A stretch of DNA of 64,000 nt from Eledone cirrhosa (taxonomy: Eukaryota): contig OZ024740.1 in NCBI GenBank assembly GCA_964016885.1, positions 176,886,001-176,950,000 on the forward strand, read 5' to 3'. The notes below the pieces were generated by a model. That model worked only from the letters and a program-made list of their open reading frames with translations, was not told the origin of the DNA and did no database searches. Both the position numbers and the translations under genes were made by a program. Positions 40,260 to 54,879 of the stretch are shown piece by piece. Positions within the stretch are counted from its first letter, which is position 1. Each line of letters starts with the position of its first letter.

Positions 40260-40672
40260 AATAATTGTTTCTACTTTTGGCACAAGGCCAGCAATTATCC
40301 AGTAAATTACTGGTACTTTATTTGATCGACCTCGTAACGATGAAAGGCAAAGTTAACCTCGGTGGGCTTTGAACCCAGAACGTAAAGGGTCGTAACTCTA
40401 TGCTGCAAAGCATGGTGTTCGACATTCTACCGTTACTGCCAATCCACCACCCTATGATTATATGAATGAATGTAAAATAATTGTTTCTACTTTTGGCACA
40501 AGGCCAGCAATTACCCAGTGCATTACTGGTACTTTATTTTATCGACCCCGTAAGGATGAAAGGCAAAGTTAACCTCGACTGGATTTGAACTCAAACCGTA
40601 AAGGGACGTAACTATGCTAGAAAGCATGGCGTCCGAGCCGCTACTGATACTGCCAATTCACCGCCCTTTGCC
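40260..40672 (-). mobile_element. Two tandem SINE copies
   Basis: Same family as 37900; starts at about 40260 and 40477. Confidence 0.8.
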
Positions 40673-40926
40673 AATGTAAAATAATGTCGGTTGCAAAGCC
40701 TTTTTAGTGACAAGCCGCGACATTTGAACTCAGAACAAACAGAGCTAGAGCTAGGTCGACCTGATACATTTTTTTTTATCAACCCTGGATGGATTATAAA
40801 CAAAATCTGAACTCAGAGTATCGTAACAAGTACCGAAGGATTTCATTCGTCTCACTAACGTTTCTGTCAATACTCGGCCTATTTACAACTGACATCATCG
40901 CTATGGTTATTATTTATCTTGTGTAG

Positions 40927-41140
40927 AGCGGTGGATTGGTAGTATCGGTAGAGAGTCGGACCCCATGCTTTGCAGCATAGAGTTACGGCCATTTGCGCTC
41001 TTAGTTCAAATCCCGCTGAGGTTAACTTTGCCTTTCATTCTTACGGGGTCGATAAAATAAAGCATCAGTAATTCACTGGGGTCGATTTAATCAACTTTCC
41101 CCTCCCCTTCAAATTACTGGCCTATACTAGAAATCATTAT
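40927..41140 (+). mobile_element. tRNA-derived SINE
   Basis: gcggtggattggtag...agttcaaatcccgctgaggttaactttgcctttcattcttacggggtcgataaa. Confidence 0.8.
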
Positions 41141-42959
41141 TTATCTTTTTCCAAATATTTTCGTATTTTTTCTTTTATAATGTTTGATTTAAAAGTTTTA
41201 TATTATGGGTTGCCGTGACCATGTTGGAGCTAAGCCAGAAATTATCTTTAAGGGTTATGGCATTTAAATGTTTATGTCAAGGAAAAACTGACTGTGTTGA
41301 GGGCTAAGGTGAGATTTACTTGAATTTTAAAACACCCCTTCCCAACCTCCAAAAAATAACTGTCCAGGTAAAGCTATCGAAACTGACATATTGTGTTTAT
41401 TTATCTTTTAATTTTTATATAGGTTTCTTTATGGTGGTGTTATGGAGGTGGTAGTAGTTGTGGTGGTGTTAGTGGTTGTGGTAGTGGTTGTGGTAGTGGT
41501 TGTGGTGGTGTTGTTCGTGGGGGGGGGGGGTCGTGGTGGAGGTGTTGTTGGTGCTTGTGGTGGTGTTCGTGAATGTAATCATGTATATTGGTTGGTTTTG
41601 TGTGTCTGTGTATGAATGTATATATGTGTATGTGTGTATACATGTGTGTATGTGTGTCCTTGTATGGATGTTTGCATGTTTGTACGTCAGCTTTGGGGAG
41701 GTATTATGTTGTGTAAAGACAATTAACATAATGTTTAGTAGAAAATAATGTATGTATGCACGCACACGGATTCACATACATACACACATATATGTATATA
41801 TATATATGATCATCATCATCATCATCATCATTTGATATCTGGTGTTCCACGCTTGCATGAGTTGGACTGATCTTTCTCAGCACAGCACCTCACCACCTCC
41901 ATCCAAGTATTCATTGGTCTTCTTCTGTGGTTTCCCTCCTCTTGCATTTCTAGGCACTTCTTATACCCATTTTCTCTCTCAGTTTATCTATGTTTTGTCC
42001 TTCTCGCACATTAACATTGCACAATATATAAATATATATTGTGTGGAGATTGGCTTTCAGGGAAGATGTGGGTTCACAAAATCTGTTGCAGGAATTGCTA
42101 CTACATATATATCATATAAATTGTAACGATATCTGTTATGTCATTTGCAATGAATATAATCTTAATTTTGAGTTATAGACGAATAATTTTATGAACAGAT
42201 TGCAAAGATGTTAGTCTAGAAGAAAAGCTGGAAAACATACGAGATCTTTCGAATGTTTTCATTGATCTAAAGTGATTAAAACATCCTTTGGAGCTAGAGT
42301 TAAAATGGGTGCTCTCTGTGATGGAACAAGTAGTGTGGTCGTGGTTGTAGAGGATAGATCTGTTGGCAAGTATACTGGTCTGTCTGGCACCGACAACTAA
42401 ACGAGTGCAGTCATTAATTAATGCCTGACCACTTTGCACAGTATATTTTACACTGCATTAAGCTGATAATGCACCCGAAATTTTCTGAGAAGCATCACTT
42501 GTTCACATCCTTCCTCAGAACAGCCTCTACTTTCTACAGACGTCTGATAATGTGTTACCCTTTTTCTGGCAGATTTGGTAGACATACACCTAGAAACACA
42601 CTGGCCTATTACAGTAAGGTTTCTACGGTAGACGAAACAATCTTGGTGATTTTCCCCTCGAATAACTTCTCATTAGTTATCTGTTTTCCAAATTTCTTTT
42701 CAATGTTGAAAAGAAAAGTGAATTTAAACTAATTGTTGCTTTGTACACAAACTAGATTTCATTAAAAAATTTCCCATACATGGTTTTGCTTAAGTTCATT
42801 TTGTAGTTTACAATTAAAATGCGGATATATATCCACACGGACACATAGGCACACGCACATATATACAAAACATATGTTTATATATAGATATATATATAGA
42901 GATAACAACATGAATTGAAAGAATGAAAAAAAAGAGTCTTTCACTCCACTCTACACAAG

Positions 42960-43098
42960 TACAGACGATACTTTTCGCCCAAACAGAAGACATGCTTCAC
43001 TCAGACAGACGACACCCTTCACTCAAACAGAAGACATGCTTCACTCAGACAGACGACACCCTTCACTGAAACAGAAGACACCCTTCACTTAGACAGAT
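42960..43098. repeat. Minisatellite with a unit of about 21 bp
   Basis: cttcactcaRacagaMgaca repeated about 6 times. Confidence 0.8.
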
Positions 43099-43434
43099 AA
43101 AAATGAACAATATAATATTTATACATTCAATATAAACTACTATAATTGAAAAGAAAACATTAACAACAAAACAAAAGTTGCATGAAAGAAAAAAAATGAA
43201 AAAGAATGATACCGATTTAGAGTGCAGTGATGCGCAGCCAGTGGAACAAATGAAATGAGAACAAGGTATAATCAATGAAACAAAAACAACAGTACCATCA
43301 TAACCAACAACAAAAATAACACCAGCACCACCGAGAGCAGCAGCAACAATAACTAGTGAGGTTTTATGTCGTTGCTAGAAGTCAACACTCCTTGCTGTCT
43401 TGAAAATAAACGTATTTTATGTGGACTTATATCT

Positions 43435-43466
<32 letters not shown>

Positions 43467-43865
43467 ATTAGTATGTGTCAGTGTGTGTATGTGTATTTAT
43501 ACTGGGTATTTGTTGTTGTTATTGTCTATCCGATTTGTAAATGTTGTTTATGCAATCTATATAAACCATTTTCAAAATCAATTTAGTATTTGCTACTAAA
43601 AAAAAAATGAATTCAATTCTGTTTATCATTTAGTGTTGATCGGGTTATTCTTGATATAGCGACTTCTGTTCCATTCTGAGAATGATGACGACAACAGATT
43701 CCTACTATATATACTCCTCTCTATTTAATTATTTTCTCAGTTTTACGAGTGCAAAGAAGCTATTTTTCAAACCGAGAAATGTATATGGAATTAGCTAGTA
43801 GGTTTGTTCCTAAGTAACAAAGTGACGACAAAAGTTGCTAAACTAATGAAGTAGCTGCAGTTAGT

Positions 43866-45010
43866 CCAGAATAAGTTTGACTGCGTCTAATATAAATGGC
43901 GCTGTGAGTCTGGTGGGAATCACTTCTCTATGTTTTTCCACCCAGTATTTAACCGTCTTTATTCCTAAATCATGCGTAATGTTGGTGTAAAAGCTTACCA
44001 CATCAAAACTAAGTAGAAGTGAACTCGTTTCCCTGGTTTTGGGAAGATGGGACAGGAAGTCGATATCATCCCGAATGAAACTGGGTATGTGAATACATAG
44101 TGGTTTCAAAATAATGTCAACAAAATTGCTTAGACGGTGGGTAGGGCATGTTGGACCAGCTATAATAGGTATAAGTTTTAAGTCTTTTGGGTGTAGTAAT
44201 TTAATGTACTCACCTTTTTATTCTTTTACTGCCAGTTGTATTTCTTTTGACTTATGAACTTTCGGTAGGCCATACAGGTTGCTGGGTTTGACTCAAAATT
44301 GGGGATGTAGTCTCTTTCCTTATCAGTAAGTGAGTTGTATTTTGAAGCCAGGTTGTTGATCTTCTTCATGATGTTGTGGTCTATATTTGACGGTATTTCA
44401 TGATAGAATGTTGTGTCTTTCAGTTGTTCCTCAACCAAATCTTTGTAGTATTCAGCATCCATTATAACAATTGTACCTCCTTTATCTGCTTGTTTAATTA
44501 TTATTGTTTTATCATTTTGTATGCGTTTAAGTGCAGACATTTCTGATTTGTTAATGTTTGGTCTAACATTAGTATTACGTCTAAGAGGAAATTTAGACAG
44601 GATGTCAATGTATTGGTCGAGATAGATATTTCTTCCTTTTGGCGGAGTGAAATTTGATTTATTCTTTACTAGTGATTCATCACTCTCATTACTTTTATCA
44701 GTGAAGAATTCTACAAGTCGTAATTTTCGACAGAATTCTTGGGTATCCTCCTTCAGTTCTTGGTGGTTGACTGTTGGAGTCGGTGTGAATTTCAGTCCTT
44801 TTGACAGAATTTGCATTTGATCATTGTCGGATATCTTTTGGATAAATTAATTATTTTAGGATCTACGTGTACAGTTGTTTTGGGTATGTTTTCTCCTGGA
44901 GTTTTTAACATTTAATATTCTACCATACTATTTCATTCTAATACCATTATAATTTTAAAGGATTATAAATAAAACGAGTAAATCAGACAAAGTTGGAATT
45001 CCTTTTATGA
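43866..45010 (-). pseudogene. Inverted duplicate of the 5' part of the PLE at 46155
   Basis: ORFs 44226-44816 and 43861-44109 are near-identical to 46259-46945 and 47062-47430. Confidence 0.92.
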
Positions 45011-45064
<54 letters not shown>

Positions 45065-45710
45065 ATATATATATTTAACCCGATTGTATTTTCGTTGTTT
45101 TGGCGAATTATGTGGATATGCCCCTTAGCCGCAGTTTTCAATTTGTCACTCTATCTAACGTATGTTAATTACTCTAAGGTGTAGCCTATCGGTTTATCGA
45201 TACGTTCTTATTGAGTGCTTTGCGCAATTCTAATTGTAGCTCGTTGGTCTGACCGCTGCTATAACATCGATTTTACTAACCTTCCACTTGTATATATATA
45301 TATATATATATATTTAGTATGTGTTGGTTGTATACCAACACCTCAGTATGCAGGCTGAAGCACTCGACGGAGTGCGCAGGTTGGTTTGGTTACTCCGGAG
45401 TAATGTAAAATAAAGTAAAATAAATAAGTCAAATGTTTAAAATTTAGCTTCGTTTATTACTGCTATATATATTTCAGTGACAGCCATCTTTGGCTGCGAC
45501 CTCTTCAGGCAGTCCGAATTAGTGTGGTATAGACAAGTACATATGTTGTTGAGGTGTATAATTTTGTCAATACTCTGATATGCACAGTTCCTGGTTGGGT
45601 TGTTATTTCACTGTGAAATAACAACCCAACCAGGAACTGTGCATATCAGAGTATTGACAAAATTATACACCTCAACAACATATGTACTTGTCTATACCAC
45701 ACTAATTCGG

Positions 45711-45765
45711 ACTGCCTGAAGAGGTCGCAGCCAAAGATGGCTGTCACTGAAATATAGATAGCAGT
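45711..45765 (+). ncRNA. Type I HHR in the central palindrome (mirror 45459-45513 -; related copy 57428-57482 +)
   Basis: actgc-CTGAAGA-ggtcgcagcca aaga tggctgtcact-GAAA-tataga-TA-gcagt. Confidence 0.85.
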
Positions 45766-46258
45766 AATAAACGAAGCTAAATTTTAAACATTTGACTTAT
45801 TTATTTTACTTTATTTTACATTACTCCGGAGTAACCAAACCAACCTGCGCAACTCGTCGAGTGCTCCAGCCTGCATACTGAGGTGTTGGTATACAACCAA
45901 CATATACTCAAAATCTACATATATATACAAGTGGAAGGTTAGTAAAATCGATGTTATAGCAGCGGTCAGACCAACGAGCTACAATTAGATTTGCGCAAAG
46001 CACTCAATAAGAACGTATCGATAAACCGATAGGCTACACCTTAGAGTAATTAACATACGTTAGATAGAGTGACAAATTGAAAACTGCGGCTAAGGGGCAT
46101 ATCCACATAATTCGCCAAAACAACGAAAATACAATCAGGTTAAATATATATATATATATTAATAAAAGGAATTCCAACTTTGTCTGATTTATTCGTTTTA
46201 TTTACAATCCTTTAAAATTATAATGGTATTAGAATGAAATAGTATGGTAGAATATTAA

Positions 46259-48539
46259 ATGTTAAAAACTCCAGGAGAAAACATACCCAAAACAACTGAA
46301 CACGTAGATCCTAAAATAATTAATTTATCCAAAAGAGATCTTGACAATGATGAAATGCAAATTCTGTCAAAAGGACTGAAATTCACACCGACACCAACAG
46401 TCAACCACCAAGAACTGAAGGAGGATACCCAAGAATTATGTCGAAAATTACGACTTGTAGAATTCTTCACTGATAAAAGTAATGAGAGTGATGTATCACT
46501 AGTAAAGAATAAATCAAATTTCACTCCGCCAAAAGGAAGAAAAATCTATCTCGACCAATACATTGACATCCTGTCTAAATTTCCTCTTAGGCGTAATACT
46601 AATGTTAGACCAAACATTAACAAATCAGAAATGTCTGCACTTGAACGCATACAAAATGATAAAACAATAATAATTAAACAAGCAGATAAAGGGGGTACAA
46701 TTGTTATAATGGATGCTGAATACTACAAAGATTTGGTTGAGGAACAACTGAAAGACACAACATTCTATCATGAAATACCGTCAAATATAGACCACAACAT
46801 CATGAAGAAGATCAACAACCTGGCTTCAAAATACAACTCACTTACTGATAAGGAAAGAGACTACATCCCCAATTTTGAGTCAAACCCAGCAACCTGTATG
46901 GCCTACCGAAAGTTCATAAGTCAAAAGAAATACAACTGGCAGTAAAAGAATAAAAAGGTGAGTACATTAAATTACTACACCCAAAAGACTTAAAACTTAT
47001 ACCTATTATAGCTGGTCCAACATGCCCTACCCACCGTCTAAGCAATTTTGTTGACATTATTTTGAAACCACTATGTATTCACATACCCAGTTTCATCCGG
47101 GATGATATCGACTTCCTGTCCCATCTTCCCAAAACCAGGGAAACGAGTTCACTTCTACTTAGTTTTGATGTGGTCAGCCTTTACACCAACATTACGCATG
47201 ATTTAGGAATAAAGGCGGTTAAATACTGGGTGGAAAAACATAGAGAAGTGATTCCCACCAGACTCACAGCGCCATTTATATTAGACGCAGTCAAACTTAT
47301 TCTGGAAAACAACACTTTCTTCTTCAATGGACAGAATTATATCCAAATTATAGGCACAGCGATGGGAGCGAAGTTTGCTCCCGTTTACGCGAACTCTGTA
47401 ATGGGATACTTAGAACAACAACTCGACTAAGAAATAGAGGAAAAATATAGCACTGACTTTAGAAAGTACATTGAAAAGTCTTGGAAGAGATACCTTGACG
47501 ACTGTTTCATCATCTGGACAGAATCTCTAGATACTCTGGATGAGTTCATATCCTCCTGAATAACCTACGCCCATCTCTCCAATTCACAAAAGAGATGAGT
47601 AGTACCAAATTACCATTCCTAGATATAATGGTAATCAAAAACGACACCGCCATTACCAAGGATATATATTATAAACACACAGACACCCATCAATATCTGA
47701 ATTTTAAGTCGTGCCATCCACCTCATACAAAACGCAACATCCCATACTGCCTAGCCAGAAGAATTTGTACCATTGTAGAAGATACGAATACCAGGAACAA
47801 ACGCCTAACAGAACTGAGACAATTTTTATTCAAACAAAAATACCATCTCGACTTATAGAAAATGGCATACAGCGGGCTATAAAAATACCTATACAACAAC
47901 TTAGGACAACCCAAGGACGACGAAACCAAGAACTGGTCATACCATTTATAATGACACACAACCCATGTCACCGGAATATCTTCAACACTGCCAACGCAAA
48001 CCCACCGATCATTGCTCAAAGTAATCAATTAAAAGGTTTAATCACAGACCGATCTTTGACTCTTAGTAAAAGACAGCCGAAAAATGTGAAGCAATTACTA
48101 ACAAAGGCAAAGTTTGACCTTAACAACAAAGACCAATCATTCACATGTATCTAAATGCAATGATAGTCGTTGTGGCACATGTCAGTTCATACATACTGGT
48201 CAATATATGAACACAAAAACTGGAAAAATATTCCCCAATGCAAATATGAACTGCAAAAGCAGAAATCTAATTTACTGCATTAAATGCCCGAATTGTGAAG
48301 AACTATATGTCGGTCAAACTGGAAATGCACTATCGGAACGTGCACGGGTGCACCGACAGCAAATAGGAGACCCAAATGTCCGTCAAATACCCCTGAGTAA
48401 CCATCTAACAACATGTGGTCAGAAAATATTTATAATATTTCCATTCTACAAATTACATCATAGCCCAAGTGAAATCAAGAGAAAAATTAAAGAAAAGAAT
48501 TTTATTGATAAATTCCAACCCAAGCTAAATGAACAATAA
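46259..48539 (+). pseudogene. PLE RT + GIY-YIG ORF, frameshifted
   Basis: LSKGLKFTP, KQADKGG, SFDVVSLYTNI, GTAMG, RYLDD, FLD, CNDSRCGTC, LIYCIKC..LYVGQTG. Confidence 0.92.
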
Positions 48540-48911
48540 TAATGCTTAGGGGGTATTACTCCTACTATGACTACGCCTATGACCAACAACAACAACAATA
48601 ATAATAATAATAAAAGTGATGTTGATGGTGATGATTACGGAAGACTAGAAAATGCTATTTTCATCATTTCTAAAAATAGCAAAACAATTGATGCTTTGGA
48701 TAGGTTCAAATAGAAGTCGTTAGACATGCTCAACCAACCGTGACGCCTAAACCAATCAGCTTTAATAATCCAGTGAAACTACACACTGATTGGTCGAAAT
48801 ACAGTTTGCAAAACTTAGCATTCTGTAGCTGCTTTTCATTGTATATAAGGCACAAAATTTACCCATCTCATTACAGTTGAAAATTGCAAACTTGACTGTC
48901 ACCACAGAATA

Positions 48912-48950
48912 TGAACCTGAAGATTGCGAAAGCATGAAAGTACTTGTTCA
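48912..48950 (+). ncRNA. Minimal type I HHR in the 3' repeat of PLE 1
   Basis: tgaac-CTGAAGA-t tgc gaaa gca t-GAAA-gtac-TT-gttca. Confidence 0.88.
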
Positions 48951-49107
48951 ATTAACACTTAACATTTAATATTCTACCATACTATTTCATTCTAATACCA
49001 TTATAAATTTTAAAGGATTGTAAATAAAACGAGTAAATCAGACAAAGTTGGAATTCCTTTTATTAATATAATCTTCTGTACACAATTATACACACCCGTG
49101 TATATTC

Positions 49108-49169
<62 letters not shown>

Positions 49170-49171
<2 letters not shown>

Positions 49172-52100
49172 TAAAATAACAGATTAAAGTTTAAACAAAG
49201 AATCGCTGCTTTCACCCTTAACGGGATCTTCTGAAACTAACAAAGTCAATCTGTAAACGCAGAAGTGGATATTTCAAAAAACGTTGCAACCGGAGGAAGA
49301 CAGGAAGACGATACTTTGGTTCGTGGACATGTTCGCTGGCAAAGAACGGGAAAAAAGGAATAAGATACGTCATTAATAGGAGCGGTGAAAAACAATTACG
49401 CGCAAAGACAGAATCACGTTTATGGTATAAAAGAGGTCGTAGACTAATGTTCTCTTAAGGGTGAAAGCACCGATTCTTTGCTTAAACTTTAATCTGTTAT
49501 TTTAATAAATATTTGCTCTACGGTTCTTATATATTTGATATATATTTATCCTTATCGAGCCCTCTTTGGATTTTAGTCTTGAAATTTATTATTATTACTA
49601 TTTGGCTCCCTCGGTTGAGCACTCTACTGACTTATATTCATCATGCAGAAACAACATCTGAATATTTCTACAAAGAACATACCCGTACCGAGCAGGAAAA
49701 CATACCTAAAACTCCTGATACAGAAAACAGACGCGTTCATTAAAAGGTTGCGTTGGCGTGCCTTTTACTTAGATAACCCGCGGAAAGCAGACAACAAACA
49801 GGATAAATTTGGATTTAAAACCTATAATAACCCCCCGTGTAACCCAGCATTGCTACCCTTCGAAAATGATGTCTTGGAACTCATTCGGAGTATCAAATTT
49901 CGGAATAGGGGCAATTCCTTACAGCATGACCTGAAGAATAGAATTCGTTCTATTAAGGATTCTAATGCCGTGCACGTCTATTCCGACAAAACTGGCAACC
50001 TATATCGAGTGGAGCGCAGTACTTATCATCAACTACTACATAATGCTGTAACTAAGGATTACCGTACAACTAATCGGTGCGTCATCAATGAAATCAACGA
50101 TGCTGGTTTTAAAATCACATCTGATCTCAACATCCTGGACCGGACCGAACCTCTGGACCCTATTTCTCCCCACTTTACCCTGAAGGATCACAAATCCAAT
50201 TTTCCGAACAACCCCTCTATTCGGCTTATTAACCCTACGAAGTCCGATTTAGGTAGACTTAGTAAAACAATTCTTGATAGAATTATACCTGAAATTAGAA
50301 GTTTGGCCCCTCTTGCACTGTGGAACAATTCTTTCGCGGTGATTGATTGGTTCAACGGCATATGTAACAAGGAACATTGCCGTTTTATCCAATTCGACAT
50401 CAACAATTACTACTCCTCCATCACTTTACCACTTCTCCTTAGAGCTATCAATTTCGCTAAAACACTCACAGTGGTTAAGGATTTCGAAGTTGATGTCATC
50501 CTCTATGCCCGAAAGTCGTGATTAATTTCGACGACTCTATTTGGATTAAACAATCCAATAGTACCCCATTCGACGTGAGCATGGGCGCCAGTGATTCTGC
50601 GGAGGTTACTGATCTTATCGGCCTTTTCCTTCTTTTCTCTATCAAGGACGAATTCCCCAACGCGGGCGGTGGTTTGTACCATGACGATGGTCTTTTGACC
50701 ATGACTAAGTGCGGACCTCGTGCTTGCGACAGGTTCAGAAAAGAACTCACAGCCTTCTTTAAAGGCTTCAACCTCTCTATACAGGTTGAGGCCAATCTCT
50801 CGGTCGTTAATTACCTTGACGTTGCCCTCAATTTATTGAATGGGTTGTATTACCCGTATAGAAAGCCGAACCTGGTAAGAAACGTTTCGTTGAGGCTTTC
50901 GCGTCTTTCGACCAACGAGCGTATTTTCAACGACCATTCCACTTATTACAATGAAGCTCTTGCTCGAAGTGGATTTGTGGATAAGGTAGCATATACAGAG
51001 TACGAAAATAGACCTAGAAGAAATAGATCCCGTCGCATTTTTTGGTATAACCCACCATATAATATGGAGGTGACCACACCATTAGCTAAGATCTTTCTTT
51101 CCCTTATTACGAAGCATTTTCCCCCTACACATAAATATAGTAAAATTTTTAATAGAAATACTATTAAAATTTCTTACTCTACGACTCCTAACCTTGCACA
51201 TAACATCACAGCTTCAAATTTAGCTAAACTACCTAGCTGTAGGAACACGTGCAACCCTGTAGTTAGTACTAACTGTAATTGTAGGAATCGGGTTGATTGC
51301 CCCCTATCCAGGAAATGCGTCTCTAGTAACATTGTCTACAAATGTAAGGTTGTAACACCCACGTCCCGTAGGGCCTACATAGGGTTAACCGCCAATAGAT
51401 TCAAGCAGCGTCTTTACACTCATACCCATTCTTTTCGTTACCCTCTAAGAAGGAATATGACGTCACTTTCAGCTTTTATCTGGAGTCTAAAAGACAACCA
51501 CGCCCAATATAAGTTACACTGGGAGATCCTAGCTAGGGCTAGATCGTATAACGGAAATAAAAGACCATGTGACCTCTGCGCCGCTGAGGCCCTGGAAATA
51601 CACTACGCCACAGACCACATCTTAAACAAAAAATCTGAGGCAATTTCGACTTGTAAACATAAATTGCACAAAACTTTCCTGTATTACAGCCCCACGTTAT
51701 ACCCTAATGGATAGTACGATCTATACGTGGATATTTTACGTCTTGATGTGGGAGCTAAGTATATGTTTTGTTTATACCATTACTTATTTGCATAGGTAAG
51801 TATATATTACCCGTATGTTTCGTGAAGGTACGTATACCTTCTCGTACGTATATTTGATTGTTTATGTTATGGCGTAAAAAGATTTTTTATTTTTTTTATT
51901 CTGGTACATATGGTTTGGCTATGTGTATACGGGAGTTTTGCGTCTGTGTGAGTATGCAGGTTCGTACGTATGTAGAGTGTGTGTATATGTTTACTTCATG
52001 TTTTGGTTGACTTACGTCTCCGAACTTTCGTGTATTTACATGTAGGTATGTGTGTGCGCTTGTTATATACGTATTTATTTATTTATATACGTTTATATAA

Positions 52101-52826
52101 TTATTTATTTATTTATTTGTATACACACATACACACACACACATATTTATATGTGCGTGGTTTTGTATACCTATGGTAAGTGTTTTGCGTATGCTCGTGA
52201 ATGTACGTATTTGTTTGCGTGTATGTATTTATTTATTTCTATTACTTCTATATTGTATTTATTTACTTTGTTCTTAACTCTGTAGCGGAGATTCATTCGG
52301 TCTCCTAGTTAGAATTTTAGTCTACGACTTCTGCTATACCATTTACGTGGTTTTGTCTTTGCGTGCTATTGTTCTCCACGCTCCACATATGACGTATTAT
52401 CTTCGTTTTTTTCGTTCATTGCCAGAAAACGTCTCTATGAACTACCTAAGAGAACATTAGTCTACGACCTCTTTTATACCATAAACGTGGTTCTGTCTTT
52501 GCGCGTAATTGTTTTTCACCGCTCCTATTAATGACGTATCTTATTCGTTTTTTCCCGTTCTTTGCCAGCGAACGTTTCCACGAACCAAAGTATCGTCTTC
52601 CTGTCTTCCTCCGGTTGCAACGTTTTTTGAAATATCCACTTCTGTGTTTACAGATTGACTTTGTTAGTTTCAGAAGATCCGGTTAAGGGTGAAAGCAGCG
52701 ATTCTTGGCTTAAAATTTAATCTGTTATTTTAATAAATATTTGCTCTACGGTTCTTATATATTTGATATATATTTATCCTTATCGAGCCCTCTTTGGATT
52801 TTAGTCTTGAAATTTATGATTATTAC

Positions 52827-52828
<2 letters not shown>
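49170..52828 (+). mobile_element. Penelope-like element 2 (distinct lineage) with inverted and direct terminal repeats
   Basis: 49170-49458 is the reverse complement of about 52447-52733; 49455-49600 directly repeats 52684-52828; (AT)n flanks. Confidence 0.92.
49643..51714 (+). pseudogene. PLE RT + GIY-YIG ORF with a frameshift near 50518
   Basis: SDKTGN, QFDINNYYSSI, DVSMG, YHDD, NYLDV, WYNPPY, CPL..KC..NIVYKC..YIGLT. Confidence 0.9.
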
Positions 52829-52865
<37 letters not shown>

Positions 52866-52950
52866 ATAAAATAACTAATGTATTAAGTACATTACTCACT
52901 GTGGTTACACCCGATTGAACTCGTGACTCTCTCTCTCTCTCTCTCTCCCT

Positions 52951-53055
<105 letters not shown>

Positions 53056-53507
53056 TCATTTATTTATATAAGGATGTACCGATAGGCAAATTAGCAGATT
53101 ACCAATTACTTATTCAGCCAATAATAATTAATCGATAGCCGATTGTCTAAAATGTAATTATGTATTGTGATATGAAGATATATATTATAATTAAATGTGA
53201 ATAATACATCATATTTCGTTATTAATAACGATTATAAAGCTACTATTTCATATCACTTGATAACATTGTGCTGGTTACACCTTATATATATATATATTTA
53301 TATATATATAACAAAGAAAGTGCGGTAAGAAATCAGGTGGATCATTACGCACCAGAGTACTTGATACTTAGGGTAGTAGAGTGGGTAATAGAAAAAGAAT
53401 CAGGACCCCGACGGCTGAGCTCCGGGCGTTTCGACAGCTAGATCCAAACAGTTCTGATCTAGATGTCGAACCGGCTGGATCTCAGCCGTCGGGGTCCTGA
53501 CTCTTTT

Positions 53508-53594
<87 letters not shown>

Positions 53595-53600
53595 TATATA

Positions 53601-54230
53601 TAATAACTAGAAATTGATAAACATGAATAATCACAGGAGATAATTTTTACAAGTGTGTAAGCACACATAGTTAGGTAGGTAACTAAATAAAGTTAACCAG
53701 AACTTCAAAAATAGATACCTTATAATATGATTAATCTTCCCTGTATATATTCCATTAAAGAAATATATTTCACCAATTAATCGAATGGTAAACCATGGAG
53801 TCCGGTACTTGAATTTTCAACAAGGAAGAAGTCCAGCGAGCTATGTTTACACTTCAAGTTCAAATCAGCGACTTGCCAGCAACACGTGCTGTATCTACTA
53901 GAAATACACACATCATACCAGCTTCGTCACAGTGGCGTGAATAGGGTTATCGACAACTAGAAACAGCAGTCAAATCCTTTCAACAGAGTTAGCTCTACAA
54001 TTAAGGAGCCGTATTTATATATCTATATCCACAATTAAGATAATCAAAATTATGGGTGTCATGCCAGACAGACATGCGCCATATCACCCGCAAAATAAGC
54101 TCTAAGATTCTAACGAATAGGTCCGAGCATTTTATAATAACTAGAAATTGATTAACATATAAATAAACATGAATAATCACAGGAGATCATTTTTACAAGT
54201 GTGTAAGCACACATACCTAGGTAGGTAACT
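53601..54230. repeat. Element with direct terminal repeats of about 85 bp
   Basis: ataataactagaaattgat...caagtgtgtaagcacacata...taggtaact at 53601 and 54135. Confidence 0.75.
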
Positions 54231-54879
54231 GAAATTGAAGAACAAAAGAGAGATTCGGGTGTTGGTTTTGCAATTATAAACTCAATCCTAGTTTGTATCC
54301 AAGAATTTCCAAGCGGTGTATCTGAACGCATGATATCCTTTCGGCTTGGTAACGAGTAGGAATGCTAAGTGGTGTGTGTGTGTGTATGTGTGTGTGTGTG
54401 TATTAGTATCGTTATAAGTGTGAGTGTAAGTGCACGTTTGAATGTGTGTGATTTAAAGGTGAAATGTTTAAAGGAACAAAGATAGTGACTGTATGCATAT
54501 ATCCATGTGTTAGTGGTCGTGGACATGTATGTGTGAGTGAATGTAGGTTTGGATGTGTGTACGGTATATGTGCGTTGAAGTAATTTTGTGTGTATGTTTA
54601 AAGTATCGTTAGTGTACTGTATGTCCGTGAGAACTCGTTGGATTAGTATATGTGAGCGTATGATAAATTATAACGTGTGTATGTATGTTGAAGTTTATAA
54701 TGTGTAGGTGAAAAGTATCTAACTGAGATATGTATGTAAGCGTATATGTATTACCCAGTGTTTGTCATAGGATAAAGGACGAATTGTAGTGTGTTATAGA
54801 GAGTATACGATAGAGCTCATTAAAGGAATATGGGTGGCACATTTTGGAGAAAGGTTTGTTGCTGGAGAAAATAAAGAGA

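Larger units (their letters stand above)
46155..49070 (+). mobile_element. Penelope-like element 1 with inverted termini of about 105 bp
   Basis: 46160-46263 is the reverse complement of 48960-49063; RT and GIY-YIG remnants; 3' HHR; (AT)n flanks. Confidence 0.92.

Noticed and set aside
42170-42740. Degraded LINE fragment (also about 57800-58700)
   Set aside because: No convincing conserved motif by eye.
50510-50525. TGA in PLE 2 as a selenocysteine codon
   Set aside because: Homology continues in a different frame, so a 1-nt frameshift explains it.
54090-54135. Twister-like ribozyme
   Set aside because: Only a hairpin; the pseudoknot pairings could not be built.
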